A DNA stretch of 64,000 bases, from assembly GCA_964608025.1 (NCBI GenBank), contig CAZSLO010000007.1, positions 14,825-78,824 on the forward strand. Direction: 5' to 3'. Both the position numbers and the translations under genes were made by a program. The stretch is from an uncultured Dehalococcoidia bacterium. Lineage in GTDB: Bacteria > Chloroflexota > Dehalococcoidia > Lucifugimonadales > CAJWER01. Under the pieces are notes generated by a model. The model saw only the letters and a list, made by a program, of their open reading frames with translations, was not told where the DNA came from and ran no database searches. Shown piece after piece: positions 49,021 to 59,238 of the stretch. The stretch's first letter is position 1, and every line of letters starts with the position of its first letter.

Positions 49021-50028
49021 ATGCACATGGTTCCTTACATAGTTCGTCGCATCTTACTATCGATGTTCACTATCTGGGCGATCTCTCTGCTGGCTTTCGT
49101 CATCATCGAATTACCACCTGGAGACCAGGTTGATCGTTTCAAGGAGATCACAGAAAGTAGACGGGAAGTGCCAGACCCGGAAAAGATAGAAGCCCTCCGG
49201 AGCTACTTGGGATTAGACCAGCCACAATACGTCCGATACCTCAAATGGATGGTTAACCTGGCACAGGGTGACCTGGGACTATCATTCCAGTATCGACGAG
49301 AAGTCGACATGCCTGTAAAACAGCTGCTAGAAAACCGCCTGTGGCTAACAGTCGCACTCACCGGATTCACGGTACTGGTCACCTGGACCTTCGCGATACC
49401 GGTTGGTATTTACTCCGCTGTCCGCCAACACTCGGTTGGCGACTATGTCTTTACGTTCCTCGGATTCACCGGTATCGCTGTGCCAGATTTCCTTCTAGGA
49501 CTGGTATTAATGTATGTAGCATTCGCATATTTCGATATGAGTGTCGGTGGACTCAATTCATCCGATTATGCAAACTCCCCCTGGAATTCAGCACGACTCC
49601 GAGATCTGCTAAATCATCTTTGGATACCCGCCATCGTACTCGGTACATCTGGAACTGCTGGCCTGATCAGGGTGATGCGTAACAACCTGCTTGACGAGCT
49701 AGGAAAACCCTACGTGGCCACTGCCAGGGCAAAGGGATTAACATCTGTCAAAGCTATATTGAAATACCCGGTAAGAGTGGCAATCAATCCACTCATCAGC
49801 ACTGTAGGGTACCTGTTGCCAGCACTGGTAAGCGGAAGCATTATCGTTTCTGTAGTACTTAGCCTGCCCACACTGGGACCGCTGTTGCTCGAGGCAATCC
49901 TAACTGAGGACGTTTTCCTTGCAGGATTCATCATCCTGATGGCAGGTGTGCTGACGGTAGTTGGCACACTGATCTCGGATATCTTACTTGCAGTGGTAGA
50001 CCCAAGGATTAAATACACGGCCGAATAG
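49021..50028 (+). CDS. ABC peptide/nickel-type permease (DppB/OppB family), paralogue 2
   Basis: Collinear with paralogue 1 and shares long identical runs (LVTWTFAIPVGIYSAVRQHSVGDY, AVPDFLLGLVLMY, RVMRNNLLDELGKPYV). Ends DILLAVVDPRIKY. Confidence 0.9.
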   Translation: MHMVPYIVRRILLSMFTIWAISLLAFVIIELPPGDQVDRFKEITESRREVPDPEKIEALRSYLGLDQPQYVRYLKWMVNLAQGDLGLSFQYRREVDMPVKQLLENRLWLTVALTGFTVLVTWTFAIPVGIYSAVRQHSVGDYVFTFLGFTGIAVPDFLLGLVLMYVAFAYFDMSVGGLNSSDYANSPWNSARLRDLLNHLWIPAIVLGTSGTAGLIRVMRNNLLDELGKPYVATARAKGLTSVKAILKYPVRVAINPLISTVGYLLPALVSGSIIVSVVLSLPTLGPLLLEAILTEDVFLAGFIILMAGVLTVVGTLISDILLAVVDPRIKYTAE

Positions 50029-50123
50029 GGATTGAGATACAGTGTTCAAGATCGTTAGAAATTTTGGGTTGATTTCCTATTATCCGGTGCATTTGGTATA
50101 CCAGTTTCCTACATACAATAAGA

Positions 50124-50654
50124 GTGCATCATTCCTTCACTCCAGCCAGTGTTTCAAAACAAACATGGGAACGTCAGATGCAAATTCCTCTACCTCTTAA
50201 CGATGATACTGACTACGGATTTTGCTTCGCCTGCGGCCCACTTAATCCCTCAGGGCTCCGTCTTCGATTCAAACATGATAGGGATCAAATCGTTACTGAA
50301 TATACGCCCAACCAAGAACATCAGGGCTTCCCTGGTTATCTGCACGGAGGTGTAATATCGGCTCTGCTAGATGAGGTTATGAGCCGGGTATCTTTACTTG
50401 ACAATATATGGACAATGACAGCACGCATAGATGTCCGCTACCGGCAACCCATACCGACAAGTCACTCAATCAAAGCGTTTGCGAAGCGGCGAAACAAACG
50501 GCTAAATATCTTCGAAACTATCGGCTGGATAGAACTACCTGATGGCTCAGTCGCGGCAGAGGCAATCGGAACATTCATACCCGTTAAAAAAGATGATCTT
50601 GCCAAGATGGGTGAAGGTTATCCAATACTAGCCAAAAAGTGGATGGTCAGCTAA
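50124..50654 (+). CDS. PaaI/YbgC-type hotdog-fold thioesterase
   Basis: CFACGP.NP.GL...F and GY.HGG..SALLDE are typical of PaaI-family thioesterases. The start may instead be the Met at 50178 (MQIPLPL). Confidence 0.7.
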   Translation: MHHSFTPASVSKQTWERQMQIPLPLNDDTDYGFCFACGPLNPSGLRLRFKHDRDQIVTEYTPNQEHQGFPGYLHGGVISALLDEVMSRVSLLDNIWTMTARIDVRYRQPIPTSHSIKAFAKRRNKRLNIFETIGWIELPDGSVAAEAIGTFIPVKKDDLAKMGEGYPILAKKWMVS

Positions 50655-50888
50655 CAATAGAATATGTAAACCTGCACCGCTTTTTGATAAATATCCACGA
50701 CGGTAAGCAATCTAATCTCCTAAAACAGTGCGTATACCATCCGCCACGATCAATTCTTCATCTTCAAACATTATGTGTGCAGTAATGGACAAGGTGTCAT
50801 CTCCACGCGTGACTCCCCTAACTCCGATCCTTGGTTCACCGTCTAACAATTCTTGTGCTACTTGTCCCGTATTCAATAATGAAACGCC

Positions 50889-51656
50889 TTACATCATCAA
50901 GTCGCCCCCATTGATATCAAACGCAACTCCGGTCATGTAGGAAGCTCTATCCGAAGCAATGAATCCAACAAGCTCTGCCACCTCCCAAGGTTCACCTAAC
51001 CTTGGAATCGGGAAACTTTCAGCATATTGCTTAGTACGATCATCGCTAATCGTGGTACGGACCATCTCAGTGTCTATGAGCCCTGGACAAACTGCGTTGA
51101 CTGTAATCCCATTCGCCGCCTCTTCTTTCGCAAGATGCCGCGTCAATCCAAGTATCCCGGCCTTGGCAGCTGTATAGTGGGAGCCACCTATAGTGCTGTA
51201 CTGACGTCCTGCACTGGACGAGAAATTCACAATCCGTCCCCATCCGGAATCACGCATTGGCCTGAGTACAGCTCTGGAACATAAATAGGTACTTTTCAAA
51301 TTAGCGTCTACAACAAGATCCCACTCATCCTCTTCTATATCAATCAGGCGGGTTGGACGTAGAATCCCCGCGTTGTTTACCAATATATGTATCTCGCCAA
51401 AGAGATCAATCGCGGTTTTAATCATTATGTCCACATCAGATTTCGACGTCACATCTCCAACCGAAAAATCAACATTGGCACCTGCAACACGAAGATCACG
51501 CACAGTTTCTTCAGCCGAAATCTGGTTAATATCGTTTATTAAAATATTGGCGCCCCGGGAAGCAAGTAAATTAGAAACAGCCCTACCCATTCCCTGCCCT
51601 GCCCCAGTAACAATAGCAGTTTTCCCATTAAGCTCAGTCGAAAAATCCATTTCCAT
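50889..51656 (-). CDS. Classical SDR (FabG-like 3-oxoacyl reductase family)
   Basis: TGAGQGMG, NNAG, S...Y..AK catalytic set and PGLIDT. 255 aa. Confidence 0.9.
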   Translation of the reverse strand: MEMDFSTELNGKTAIVTGAGQGMGRAVSNLLASRGANILINDINQISAEETVRDLRVAGANVDFSVGDVTSKSDVDIMIKTAIDLFGEIHILVNNAGILRPTRLIDIEEDEWDLVVDANLKSTYLCSRAVLRPMRDSGWGRIVNFSSSAGRQYSTIGGSHYTAAKAGILGLTRHLAKEEAANGITVNAVCPGLIDTEMVRTTISDDRTKQYAESFPIPRLGEPWEVAELVGFIASDRASYMTGVAFDINGGDLMM

Positions 51657-51662
51657 ATCTCT

Positions 51663-52850
51663 CTATATCACACCAAGTTTTTTACCAGCCTCACAGAAAA
51701 CTGATATCGCCTTATCAAGATGTTCAGTTGTGTGAGAGGCAGATAGTTGAACACGTATACGTGCCTCACCTCTTGGCACAACCGGGAAGCTAAATCCTAC
51801 TACAAAGATACCTCTTTTATTGACTGCCTGTGCAAGTTCAACAGTCTTAATTTCATCACGGAGCATGATCGGTACTATTGGATGTTTACCAGGGATAATA
51901 TCAAAGCCCAGTGCAGACATTTCAGATCGGAAATATCTAGTGTTCTCCCAAAGTGTTTCACGAAGACTGGGCGTGGTTTTTACAATCTCAAGAGCCTTCA
52001 ATGCACCGGTAACGATAGGAGGAGCAAGGGTGTTGGAAAATAGATACGGTCTAGATCGTTGCCTTAGAAATTCTATTATCTCTTTCTTTCCCGTGGTGAA
52101 ACCGCCAGATGCTCCTCCCAATGCCTTGCCCATTGTACTTGTGAGAATATCAATGCGGTCCATTACACCCATCTCATCAGGACTCCCCAGGCCGTTAGGA
52201 CCCAAGAATCCTGTCGCATGCGAGTCATCAACCATCACAAGAGCATCATACTTATCGGCAAGATCACAAATATCTGCGAGAGGCGCGATATCACCTTGCA
52301 TGCTAAAAACACCATCTGTGGCGATCATGCGAAACCTGGCAGAACTGGTCTCTTTAAGCTTCTCCTCCAAATCAACCATATCAGAGTGCTTAAAAACCTT
52401 GCGCTGTGCCCGACAAAGACGCACCCCATCGATGATTGAGGCATGGTTGAGTGCATCGCTAATGATTGCATCTTCCGCACTTAGAATAGTTTCGAAAAGA
52501 CCAGCGTTTGCATCAAAACAGGATGTATATAAAATAGTGTCTTCTGTTCCAAACCAGCCTGTCAATTCCTGTTCTAGGGTTTTATGTATATCCTGAGTCC
52601 CACAGATAAATCGAACCGAAGCCATTCCAAAACCAAATTGTTTGAGGCCATCTATTACAGCCTGCTCTACTATTGGACTGTCGGCTAATCCAAGGTAATT
52701 ATTGGCACAGAAGTTGATCATCTCACCTTGACTAGTATCAACATTAGAACCCTGGGCGGTCTTAATAATCTTCTCATCCTTATACAAACCGCTATCTCGG
52801 ATTACCTGAAGTTCCTTTTCAAGCCATGGCCGTATTTTTGTATATGTCAA
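51663..52850 (-). CDS. kbl: Glycine C-acetyltransferase (2-amino-3-ketobutyrate CoA ligase)
   Basis: Alpha-oxoamine synthase family. NNYLGL, DALNHASIIDG, DDSHATG and STMGKALGG (PLP lysine). 395 aa. Confidence 0.85.
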   Translation of the reverse strand: MTYTKIRPWLEKELQVIRDSGLYKDEKIIKTAQGSNVDTSQGEMINFCANNYLGLADSPIVEQAVIDGLKQFGFGMASVRFICGTQDIHKTLEQELTGWFGTEDTILYTSCFDANAGLFETILSAEDAIISDALNHASIIDGVRLCRAQRKVFKHSDMVDLEEKLKETSSARFRMIATDGVFSMQGDIAPLADICDLADKYDALVMVDDSHATGFLGPNGLGSPDEMGVMDRIDILTSTMGKALGGASGGFTTGKKEIIEFLRQRSRPYLFSNTLAPPIVTGALKALEIVKTTPSLRETLWENTRYFRSEMSALGFDIIPGKHPIVPIMLRDEIKTVELAQAVNKRGIFVVGFSFPVVPRGEARIRVQLSASHTTEHLDKAISVFCEAGKKLGVI

Positions 52851-53032
52851 TTAATACTCTCCAATATCGTCGACATTTCCATCTATTCGTAGCATATTAG
52901 ACCCATCTAGCATCTTATGCTCGAGATTATCGGCTTGGCACCTAAGTGTCAATATTCTTTGTCTAGATATGAGATTAGCTGTGCTACTATATCCCTATAT
53001 TTGGTTAATCACGCTACGAGGAGGTAGCGACC

Positions 53033-54031
53033 GTGGATAAAGAAGTAAAAAAGATCTACGAAGACTCCGTTGTTATAGATGGGCTCAATGTTAGTAATTG
53101 GGAAAGCCCCTCTGTCTACAACAGTCTTCATTCGGGAAATGTAACCGCCATTAACGCGACTATTGCTGTTTGGGAACACTATACCGAGGCCATAGACAAT
53201 ATCTCCCAGTGGTTGAAGCGGTTTAGGGAAAGATCAGATACGGTGAGCCCGGTAAATTCTGTACAAGACATCCTAGACGCGAAGAAAAACGGGAAAACCG
53301 GTGTTATTTTTGGATGGCAAAATGCAACACCAATTGAAAACGACCTCGATAGGCTAGACCTCTTCTACAAGTTAGGTGTTAGGATCATACAGGTAACGTA
53401 CAACGAGAGAAACTTGCTGGGCAATGGATGTTGGGAACGCAATGATGAAGGTCTAAGCAATTTTGGCATAGACGCTGTGAAAGAAATGAACCGTCTCGGC
53501 ATATTGATAGATCTATCCCACGTCGGTGACCAAACAACACTAGATACCATTGAGCTATCTGAATACCCTGTGGCATGTACTCACGCCAATGCTCGATCGT
53601 TCGTAGACAACCGGCGGAATAAGACCGACGATGCATTAAAGTTACTCGCAGACAAAGGCGGTGTGGTTGGAGCCACTGCCTGGCCACCTTTCCTACGTAA
53701 TGGTTGGGAGTCAACACTATCCGATTTTGGAGACGCTATTGAGGACATGGTCGAACGGGTTGGGGTCAACCACGTAGGTGTAGGTACTGACTACACCCAA
53801 GATCAGTCAAAAGAATGGTTTGATGTACTGATGTCCCAACAAGGAACTAAGTTCTTACCAAGGAGACTCGAATACCCGGAGGTACCCACTCATCCTCCAG
53901 GGATTGAAACACCTGACAAGATGTCAAACATAGCAGCAGAATTGTCAGACCGTGGATTCACCGAATCAGATGTGTCCAAGATCCTAGGAGGGAATTGGCT
54001 ACGTTTGTTAGGCCAAGTTTGGCACGATTAG
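53033..54031 (+). CDS. Membrane (renal)-type dipeptidase, peptidase family M19
   Basis: GAGGAGG RBS followed by GTG. VIDG.N, Y..GVR..Q.TYN..N, DLSHV, CTHAN and GTDY are M19 metal/substrate motifs. Confidence 0.85.
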   Translation: MDKEVKKIYEDSVVIDGLNVSNWESPSVYNSLHSGNVTAINATIAVWEHYTEAIDNISQWLKRFRERSDTVSPVNSVQDILDAKKNGKTGVIFGWQNATPIENDLDRLDLFYKLGVRIIQVTYNERNLLGNGCWERNDEGLSNFGIDAVKEMNRLGILIDLSHVGDQTTLDTIELSEYPVACTHANARSFVDNRRNKTDDALKLLADKGGVVGATAWPPFLRNGWESTLSDFGDAIEDMVERVGVNHVGVGTDYTQDQSKEWFDVLMSQQGTKFLPRRLEYPEVPTHPPGIETPDKMSNIAAELSDRGFTESDVSKILGGNWLRLLGQVWHD

Positions 54032-54095
54032 CAACATTTTATTGCTAGCAATTGGACGTGCGTCTTATTGGGAAAGGCCTGACAACTTGATCTCC

Positions 54096-55328
54096 CTAAT
54101 GTATCGCTGCGGCAATCGCGGCCGCGCGTTCGTTCACAAGCTTGTTATTGTTAAAACGGCTTAGCCCGAAAGACTTTATCAACTCCGGAGTTTTGCCAGT
54201 TATAATCAACTGAGCCGTAGTTTTTCCCGACGCGGGTGCAGCCTTGAATCCCCATGTACCCCACCCGCAGTTCAGCAAAAAACCATCAATACCATCAACA
54301 AACCCGATGATCGGGGCATAGTCAGGTGTCATATCACAAAGGCCAGCCCACTGGCGCATGATGTTTATGTCACGTAGATCTGGTAATAGTTCCAATGTGT
54401 TCGTTGCAAGTTCATGCAGCATATCTAGGGTTGAACGCTGACTGTAGGTAGAATATGGATCTACAGGCCCGCCAATCACAAGTTCCCCACGATCAGTCTG
54501 ATATACATAAACGTGTAAATCTGCGGATGAAATGGTGGTGTGGACAAACGGTTTTACAGGTTCGGTTACACAGGCTTGAAGAGGGAAGGTATTGATAGGT
54601 ATATTCAACCCCACCATCTTTGCAATAGTCGAACTCCATCCTGCAGTGGCATTAACCACAATGCCGGTTGCAATAGGACCCGATGATGTTTCGACTCCTG
54701 TAACCCGATCCCCGTCGCAAGTAATACCCGTAACCTCTGTGAAAGGGTGTATCTCCACTCCAGCCCGATCAGCTCCTCTGGCAAATCCCCATACGACGGC
54801 ATCGTGTCGCACAACGCCGGCTGGAGGATGATAGAGTGCTGCCATTATCGGCAACGATTTCCCAGCTCGAAGATCGATCTGCGGAACTAGTTCCTTGATC
54901 TCTTCTGGGCTGATGATACGACTATCTACATCTAGTAACTGGTTGAATTCCGCACGTAGCCGTAACCAGTAAACAGAGGATTCAGTGTGTCCAATGTCAA
55001 GACGCCCCATATCGTCAAATAAAAGGTTGAATTCAAGTTCGCTCCCAAGATTTTGGTACAACTTGTGACTTTCTCGAAAGAAGGGTATTGCTTCCGCGGT
55101 CAAGTAGTTAGACCTAATTATTGCCGTGCTGCGTGCGCTCGCACCACCTCCCAAATATCCTTTATCTAGGACTGCTACTCGTAAATTTTTGTCCATCTGT
55201 CCGAGATAGTATGCGATGGACAAACCATGTACGCCTCCTCCTATGATTACCACATCATAACTACCCTTCAAAGAGGGCTTACCCCACATCCTATTCTTGC
55301 GAAATAATTGCAGCATTGAGCAAATCAC
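54096..55328 (-). CDS. mgdA: N-methylglutamate dehydrogenase subunit A (sarcosine oxidase beta-subunit-like FAD oxidoreductase)
   Basis: YDVVIIGGGVHGLSIAYYL dinucleotide fold, 410 aa, SoxB-like throughout. ATGA overlap with the upstream gamma-like gene. The subunit name is inferred from cluster context. Confidence 0.8.
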   Translation of the reverse strand: MICSMLQLFRKNRMWGKPSLKGSYDVVIIGGGVHGLSIAYYLGQMDKNLRVAVLDKGYLGGGASARSTAIIRSNYLTAEAIPFFRESHKLYQNLGSELEFNLLFDDMGRLDIGHTESSVYWLRLRAEFNQLLDVDSRIISPEEIKELVPQIDLRAGKSLPIMAALYHPPAGVVRHDAVVWGFARGADRAGVEIHPFTEVTGITCDGDRVTGVETSSGPIATGIVVNATAGWSSTIAKMVGLNIPINTFPLQACVTEPVKPFVHTTISSADLHVYVYQTDRGELVIGGPVDPYSTYSQRSTLDMLHELATNTLELLPDLRDINIMRQWAGLCDMTPDYAPIIGFVDGIDGFLLNCGWGTWGFKAAPASGKTTAQLIITGKTPELIKSFGLSRFNNNKLVNERAAAIAAAIH

Positions 55329-56038
55329 ATAGATCGTTTGAGAATTGAAAGAGAGTCCATACCAACTGGAACAATTTTGAATCGATGTCCGGCCTCTATT
55401 AGAGTCTCCCAGATATATTCCCCATAACTCCGGTCGACATATATGTCATAGCTTGGTAAATCAGCCAGGTCATAGCGAATCAGCGTCCCATGTACCTGCG
55501 AGATATTGCCTTGTGTGCAACTCGTGTTTACGAAATCACGTGGATCTGTGTTTAGCTCGGTGACTGAATCAAGTATACGGGAAGCTGATGGTCCTATTAG
55601 CCTGATCCCGATCATAACAGAGGTAATGTCTACAACATGTGCACATATTTCCCCGGCATCTGCCATAATACCAGCCACGGCCTGAGATTGATTGGGTTCT
55701 GTGATCAATATAGCTTCATCATGAGCCAACCTAGCCATAAGTATGTCACCGATTCCCGAATCCTCAGTGAACCGCATCAACGCAACATTTCCGACTTCAG
55801 TAACACCTTCTTGCTTTAATCCATTCAATAAATATCTATCAATTTGACCATGTAAAATGAGTTTGCCAGAAGGACCAATATCCGAAATGCCTACACCACT
55901 ACGAACTCTTTCCACTTCCTTATCTGCAGAAGTGTAATAGACAGGCTGTTGCCACCCAAAACGCTCTGCCATATGCGCGTTTAGCGCTATATGTGTGTGG
56001 TGGAGTGCACTTAGACCAATCGGGTTGAAACTAGTCAT
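55325..56038 (-). CDS. mgdD: N-methylglutamate dehydrogenase subunit D (sarcosine oxidase gamma-subunit-like)
   Basis: 237 aa with a GcvT-like fold signature (SDIGPSGKLILHG). It sits between the alpha- and beta-like genes. Confidence 0.65.
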   Translation of the reverse strand: MTSFNPIGLSALHHTHIALNAHMAERFGWQQPVYYTSADKEVERVRSGVGISDIGPSGKLILHGQIDRYLLNGLKQEGVTEVGNVALMRFTEDSGIGDILMARLAHDEAILITEPNQSQAVAGIMADAGEICAHVVDITSVMIGIRLIGPSASRILDSVTELNTDPRDFVNTSCTQGNISQVHGTLIRYDLADLPSYDIYVDRSYGEYIWETLIEAGHRFKIVPVGMDSLSILKRSM

Positions 56039-56039
56039 A

Positions 56040-59006
56040 TTACTGCCTCAGTCTCTTTCCATCTGGATCATAGAAAGATGTCGTCACTACTTCAGCAGGA
56101 TATGTCGTTCCATTAGTCCTAATATGAATAGTATTACCCTGTCCAGCAAGATCTGTAGGTACCCAGCAAAATCCAAAGCCTTTCCCTATTGTCGGACTCA
56201 ATCTAGAACTGGTGACGCGTCCAATTGGAGCCAGGCCAGATACTACTGCGTCTCCATCATGTGGAATAGCATCACCCTTCATCACGAATCCAACCAACCG
56301 ATTTGGCATTGGACGATCTCTAGCAGCTAGAAGAGCACCACGTCCAATGAAATCTTCCTTCTCAAATTTCACTACCCATTCCATACCACTATCAATTGGA
56401 TTGCTCACCATATCAGTGTCTTGATTTGGGATAATGTGCATCTTTTCCAGTCTGAGAATCCTCTGTGTTTCAGTGCCGAAAGGTGTTATCCCATAATCCT
56501 TGCCTGCATCCATGATTGAATCCCACATGAATTCACCATACTCTGCCGGGAAATGTAATTCCCAACCAGTTTCACCAACGAATCCAATCCGTAACATCAG
56601 GGTCTGAATACCCGCTACGTCACCAAACTTAACCCTCATATAACGAAATCCATCGGTAGAAAGATCCAAATCGGTCAGTTTCTCTAAAGTTTCCCTGGCC
56701 CTAGGACCTGCTACATTTATCACGCCATATCCAGCAGTTACGTTAGTTACATGAGCACATATTTTCTCTCCAGCCATCCACCACTTAAACCATTCTTCGA
56801 TAGCTTCCACACTGGCAGTCGAAGTTGTGACAAAATACCTGTCCTCTGCCAACCGTGCTACCGTACCATCGTCCATAATAGTGCCGTTATCAGCACAAAG
56901 GACTCCATACCTAACTCGTCCAATTCTTAGATTCGAGAAATAGTGCGTATAAAGACGATCGAGCAAAACTGGTGCATCTTTACCCTGGACTTCTAACTTG
57001 CCTAGTGTACTTACATCGATTATCCCAACACCATTCCGTACTGCATGAGCTTCCTCCTGGGCAGATCCATAAAGACGGGGCCTCTGCCATACATTAGAAT
57101 CGATCATCTCGGCTCCTAACTCCTTATGTTTTCGGTCCATGGGAGTCAGTTTTGTAGGCCTATGTATGGGCCCTGCAAGAGTACCAAGGCTAACTGGTTT
57201 TACTGGAGGGCGTGATGTAGTAGATCCCAGGTCAGCAACACTCTGGCCGCTGTGTTTTGCTGCGATATCAACAAAGGTCTTATGACACATCTTGCCTTGG
57301 CATGGGCCCATAGTAACAGTGCTGTACCGTTTCAAAGTCTGAATGTCTTCAAATCCTTCATCTACTCCAGTGGTAATATCCCTAGCAGTCACATCCTCAC
57401 AAAAGCAGACGAATTGTTTTGCTCCAAGGACATTTTCCAAAGGAGGAGATGAAAGTCTCTGGTTATTCCTATAATTATCCTCACGTTCCGTAAGTTTTGT
57501 TTTGTAATCTGATAACTGGGAATCTATCCTGGGAACATTAGGTCTATTAGCTGCCTCTATCCCAGCAATATGACCTTGAAGGATCGCGATACCCGCATCA
57601 TGGAATCCAGTCATATCCCCCACCGCAAAAATGCCGTCAGGTAGATCGGCAGCAACGTTCAGGCCGAGGGCATCCTCGTACTTAGATCCAGCACCAAGTT
57701 GATGAATTAGCGCTGCGGCGGGCTGAAACCCCCCAGACATTGCTATGATATCGGCGTCAAACTGTCGCTCCACAGTCGTGATTTGTCCGTTCTCCAACTT
57801 TGCGACCACACCACCAACCACCCTCTTCACACCCTCTGCACGAACAATGCCATGACTAGGTAAAATAAGGACTCCTGAATCTCTTAGCTGTGTGGCCGCT
57901 TCCAAATGATCTGGGAAGCCTGGCCTAGTGTCTGTCAAAACTACTATCCTCATCCCAGCAGATATCATATCCAAAGCAGCTTGATACCCATGATCATTGG
58001 TAGTAGAGACGATAGCCACTTTGCCAGGTTTAACACCATATAAATGGATTAATCTCTGTAAACCAGTAGCAAGCATCACGCCAGGTAAATCGTTACGATC
58101 AAATGTCAGTGGTGTTTCATATGAACCAGTGGCCACCACCACAGAATTAGCTCTAAGCCTAATCATGGATGAGCCCTGATTAATTCCGAGTAATTTGCCT
58201 TCATAAAGTCCAAAAGCCGTGGCATCCCCGATGACTTCAATATCCTCGTTGGACTCGATTCTTTGCGCAAGCGACCTAGATGATTGCTGTCCTGATTCAG
58301 TATCCAGATCCGGGGCATCGATCCTTGTACATGGGTCGTAGAGTAAATGTCCTCCCAGAGTAGGCTGGTCATCTACTAAAGTGACCTGTACGCCTGATTC
58401 CGCCGCCGCTAAAGCGGCAGACATTCCAGCAGGGCCACCTCCTACTACTGCAACCTCGGTGTGTCTATATTCGTGGTTACTTGTTATGGCAACAGGCTCT
58501 CTGGGCACAGGTCCGAGCCCAGCTATCCTACGTATTATTGGCCGCACAATTTTCCACAATAACTTTGGGGTATGAAATGTCTTGTAGTAAAAACCTATCG
58601 GCATAAGCCTGTCGAATTTATCTAGAATAGATAAAGCATCCCGCTCTTGAGAAGGCCAAGCATTCTGGTGCTTTACACGCATTCCTGGCTCGACTCGTGT
58701 CGTACAGGCCCGTACGTTAGGTTTTCCATCTACAGTCATCAAGCAGTTGGCGCAATTACCAGCCACACATAGAAGACCACGAGCCCTGTGATACTTAAAA
58801 CTACGAGTAAATATCCTTACGCCCGAGGCATATAGAGCTGAGGCTATAGTGTCACCGCCAAAGGCCCGGTACTGTTTTCCATTAAAATCAAACTGGGCCT
58901 GATCCGATTCTCCAACCAGATAGTGTGATTCCCCAGAAAGTCGATCTTGGTTTGATAACCTTGTCAAATTAAGAATCGGCCTCCCCGGGCCACATAGTCG
59001 AATCAA
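56040..59006 (-). CDS. mgdC: N-methylglutamate dehydrogenase subunit C (sarcosine oxidase alpha-subunit-like)
   Basis: About 975-988 aa. F.F.G....AF.GDTIASAL N-terminus, VAVVGGGPAGMSAAL NAD/FAD fold, and a C-terminal GcvT/folate-binding domain. A TTG at 58967 just after the delta stop is an alternative start that avoids the 38-nt overlap. Confidence 0.88.
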   Translation of the reverse strand: MIRLCGPGRPILNLTRLSNQDRLSGESHYLVGESDQAQFDFNGKQYRAFGGDTIASALYASGVRIFTRSFKYHRARGLLCVAGNCANCLMTVDGKPNVRACTTRVEPGMRVKHQNAWPSQERDALSILDKFDRLMPIGFYYKTFHTPKLLWKIVRPIIRRIAGLGPVPREPVAITSNHEYRHTEVAVVGGGPAGMSAALAAAESGVQVTLVDDQPTLGGHLLYDPCTRIDAPDLDTESGQQSSRSLAQRIESNEDIEVIGDATAFGLYEGKLLGINQGSSMIRLRANSVVVATGSYETPLTFDRNDLPGVMLATGLQRLIHLYGVKPGKVAIVSTTNDHGYQAALDMISAGMRIVVLTDTRPGFPDHLEAATQLRDSGVLILPSHGIVRAEGVKRVVGGVVAKLENGQITTVERQFDADIIAMSGGFQPAAALIHQLGAGSKYEDALGLNVAADLPDGIFAVGDMTGFHDAGIAILQGHIAGIEAANRPNVPRIDSQLSDYKTKLTEREDNYRNNQRLSSPPLENVLGAKQFVCFCEDVTARDITTGVDEGFEDIQTLKRYSTVTMGPCQGKMCHKTFVDIAAKHSGQSVADLGSTTSRPPVKPVSLGTLAGPIHRPTKLTPMDRKHKELGAEMIDSNVWQRPRLYGSAQEEAHAVRNGVGIIDVSTLGKLEVQGKDAPVLLDRLYTHYFSNLRIGRVRYGVLCADNGTIMDDGTVARLAEDRYFVTTSTASVEAIEEWFKWWMAGEKICAHVTNVTAGYGVINVAGPRARETLEKLTDLDLSTDGFRYMRVKFGDVAGIQTLMLRIGFVGETGWELHFPAEYGEFMWDSIMDAGKDYGITPFGTETQRILRLEKMHIIPNQDTDMVSNPIDSGMEWVVKFEKEDFIGRGALLAARDRPMPNRLVGFVMKGDAIPHDGDAVVSGLAPIGRVTSSRLSPTIGKGFGFCWVPTDLAGQGNTIHIRTNGTTYPAEVVTTSFYDPDGKRLRQ

Positions 59007-59232
59007 TCCTGTTTGTTGTAGTGTCCCGTTCTGCTAAAAACCATTTACGACATCCAAGGCCGTGGTACCACCACTCCTGCTGATCACCAGCAACATTGCC
59101 CCTAGCGTAAAAGTATTTCATCCAAATTCCAGTTTCAGCATCCGGCGCCGGACGCTGAACGACCTCGCCGCCGAATCTAAATTCGTATACGTTTCGATCA
59201 CCACAATTAGGACAATTAACTAGAAAAGACAT
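58969..59232 (-). CDS. mgdB: N-methylglutamate dehydrogenase subunit B (sarcosine oxidase delta-subunit-like)
   Basis: 87 aa. CPNCG.R...EF..GGE zinc-ribbon start typical of SoxD. Confidence 0.8.
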   Translation of the reverse strand: MSFLVNCPNCGDRNVYEFRFGGEVVQRPAPDAETGIWMKYFYARGNVAGDQQEWWYHGLGCRKWFLAERDTTTNRIDSTMWPGEADS

Positions 59233-59238
59233 GGCTTC

